64,000 bases of DNA, from NCBI GenBank assembly GCA_014860455.1, contig JACZJQ010000025.1, positions 2,850-66,849 of the forward strand, given 5' to 3'. A program made the translations under genes and the position numbers. This document shows positions 63,113 to 64,000 of the stretch, piece after piece (within the stretch, counting starts at the first letter, position 1; each line of letters opens with the position of its first letter). Source of the stretch: Bryobacteraceae bacterium (GTDB lineage: Bacteria > Acidobacteriota > Terriglobia > Bryobacterales > Bryobacteraceae). The notes below the pieces were generated by a model, which did not search any database, was not told the origin of the DNA, and saw only the letters and a list, made by a program, of their open reading frames with translations.

Positions 63113-64000
63113 ATGAAGGAGACGTGGCCCAGGTTCATGGCTGAGGTGGAGGCCCGGACCACCCAGTTGCTGGCCGAAATCGAATCCTCCTGGGCCGATA
63201 CCGAGCCGGTCACGGCAATGGTGGAGTCTGCGGTCAAGGAGGGTTGGCCGCAACCCGCGGCAGGAGAGCTTGCCGGCATGCGCGGTTTCCTGGAACGTCC
63301 GGGCAGGCCGATGCTCGCCGGGCCGCTGGAACACTGGCAGCGGAAGCGCCCTCTCCAGCGCGCTCTCAACGCTTTCGAGACCTGGTCCACGGGGCTCGAC
63401 AGTGCGGCCCGGATGTTTCCGCTCCGGCAGAGCCTGTGCCTGGAGGATTGCGCCGAAGCGGTTGGTGTGAAACTCCCATTGTGGCGGCGGCCGGGTGCAT
63501 CACGCGGCCGGTTGATCGAGATCCGCGGGATTATCCTGGCTGAAGCCGCGCGGCTCGAACTTGAGCGTTCGCGCCTCGACGGCGAATGGCAGCTCCTGCT
63601 TGCCCGCCATTCGATGCTCGTGCCGGCATCCTGGCTCTCGGTCTGCCACTGGGGTCTTACCGCCTGTGCGGGCCTGCAACCGGATGAGGATCCGGCAGAG
63701 ATGCTCGGCCGGATCGCCGCCCGGACGGCGGAGTTCAAACAGCGGGCCATTCACCTTCTGGCGGACTACCGGATCTGGAGCGTCAAGGCGAAACAGCGCC
63801 TGAACCAGTGCCTGCTCGATCCGCCCCGGCGGCCGGAGCGGCGCCGGGAGCGGCGGCTTCTGGAAAGGTCGCGGCATTTCGCCTTCTGGTCGCGGCAGCA
63901 GCGGGCGGTGGCGGCATGGCTCGACACGCAGCTTCAGATGTGGAACCTGAGCCTGGAGTGCGTGGAGGAATGTGAGCGCGCGCTCGACTCTCTCTGCTCG
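63113..64000 (+). CDS. Hypothetical protein, 3'-truncated by the window end (not in the ORF track)
   Basis: My translation from ATG 63113 gives 296 codons with no stop up to position 64000, and high GC3 (MKETWPRFMAEVEARTTQLLAEIESSW...). It starts 25 nt after the S9-FGE gene. It has no signal peptide, TM helix or recognisable motif. Confidence 0.7.
   Translation, partial: MKETWPRFMAEVEARTTQLLAEIESSWADTEPVTAMVESAVKEGWPQPAAGELAGMRGFLERPGRPMLAGPLEHWQRKRPLQRALNAFETWSTGLDSAARMFPLRQSLCLEDCAEAVGVKLPLWRRPGASRGRLIEIRGIILAEAARLELERSRLDGEWQLLLARHSMLVPASWLSVCHWGLTACAGLQPDEDPAEMLGRIAARTAEFKQRAIHLLADYRIWSVKAKQRLNQCLLDPPRRPERRRERRLLERSRHFAFWSRQQRAVAAWLDTQLQMWNLSLECVEECERALDSLCS

Noticed and set aside
61558-63750. 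730-aa minus-strand ORF, the longest spurious ORF in the track
   Set aside because: It is antisense to the S9-FGE gene and to the downstream plus-strand ORF. It crosses their intergenic gap, is Arg/Gly/Ala-rich, and has no motif.

Overview
This is a high-GC bacterial chromosomal segment. I call about 60 protein-coding genes (one truncated by the window end) and one tRNA. By eye I found no rRNA, CRISPR array, transposase, integrase or phage gene. The gene content resembles Acidobacteria of the Solibacter type: PEP-CTERM proteins, CarboxypepD_reg-like secreted proteins, an HTH+TolB-propeller protein and Tat-signal sulfatases. This taxonomic guess is inference only. Housekeeping genes are argS, trpE(G), lysS, tpiA, serB, folE, ctaA, an aspartate-type aminotransferase and a uracil-DNA glycosylase. 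Accessory modules, in window order: (i) two tandem PEP-CTERM paralogues; (ii) an ABC-2 exporter operon; (iii) a metal-homeostasis island (Fur-family regulator, P1B-ATPase, ArsR/SmtB sensor, and a 23% His internally duplicated protein) with a palindromic operator inside overlapping divergent promoters; (iv) an ECF sigma / ZAS anti-sigma / secreted-protein operon; (v) a secreted hydrolase cluster (tetra-heme cytochrome c, sulfatase, M28 peptidase, GH97-like); (vi) folE plus two PTPS paralogues, one Cys-type and one Glu-type; (vii) an S9 peptidase fused to a cysteine-less FGE-like domain, followed by an unknown gene running off the window. I could not identify a clear-cut novel multi-gene system such as a defence system. 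The best candidates for follow-up are the His-rich protein under ArsR control, the ECF-linked secreted protein, the S9-FGE fusion with its downstream unknown gene, and an untracked 38-aa membrane-peptide ORF coupled to an HpnE-like oxidoreductase. Many long ORFs in the track are antisense or off-frame artefacts typical of high-GC DNA and were rejected. All functional calls rest on motifs read directly from the translations. No database search was run.
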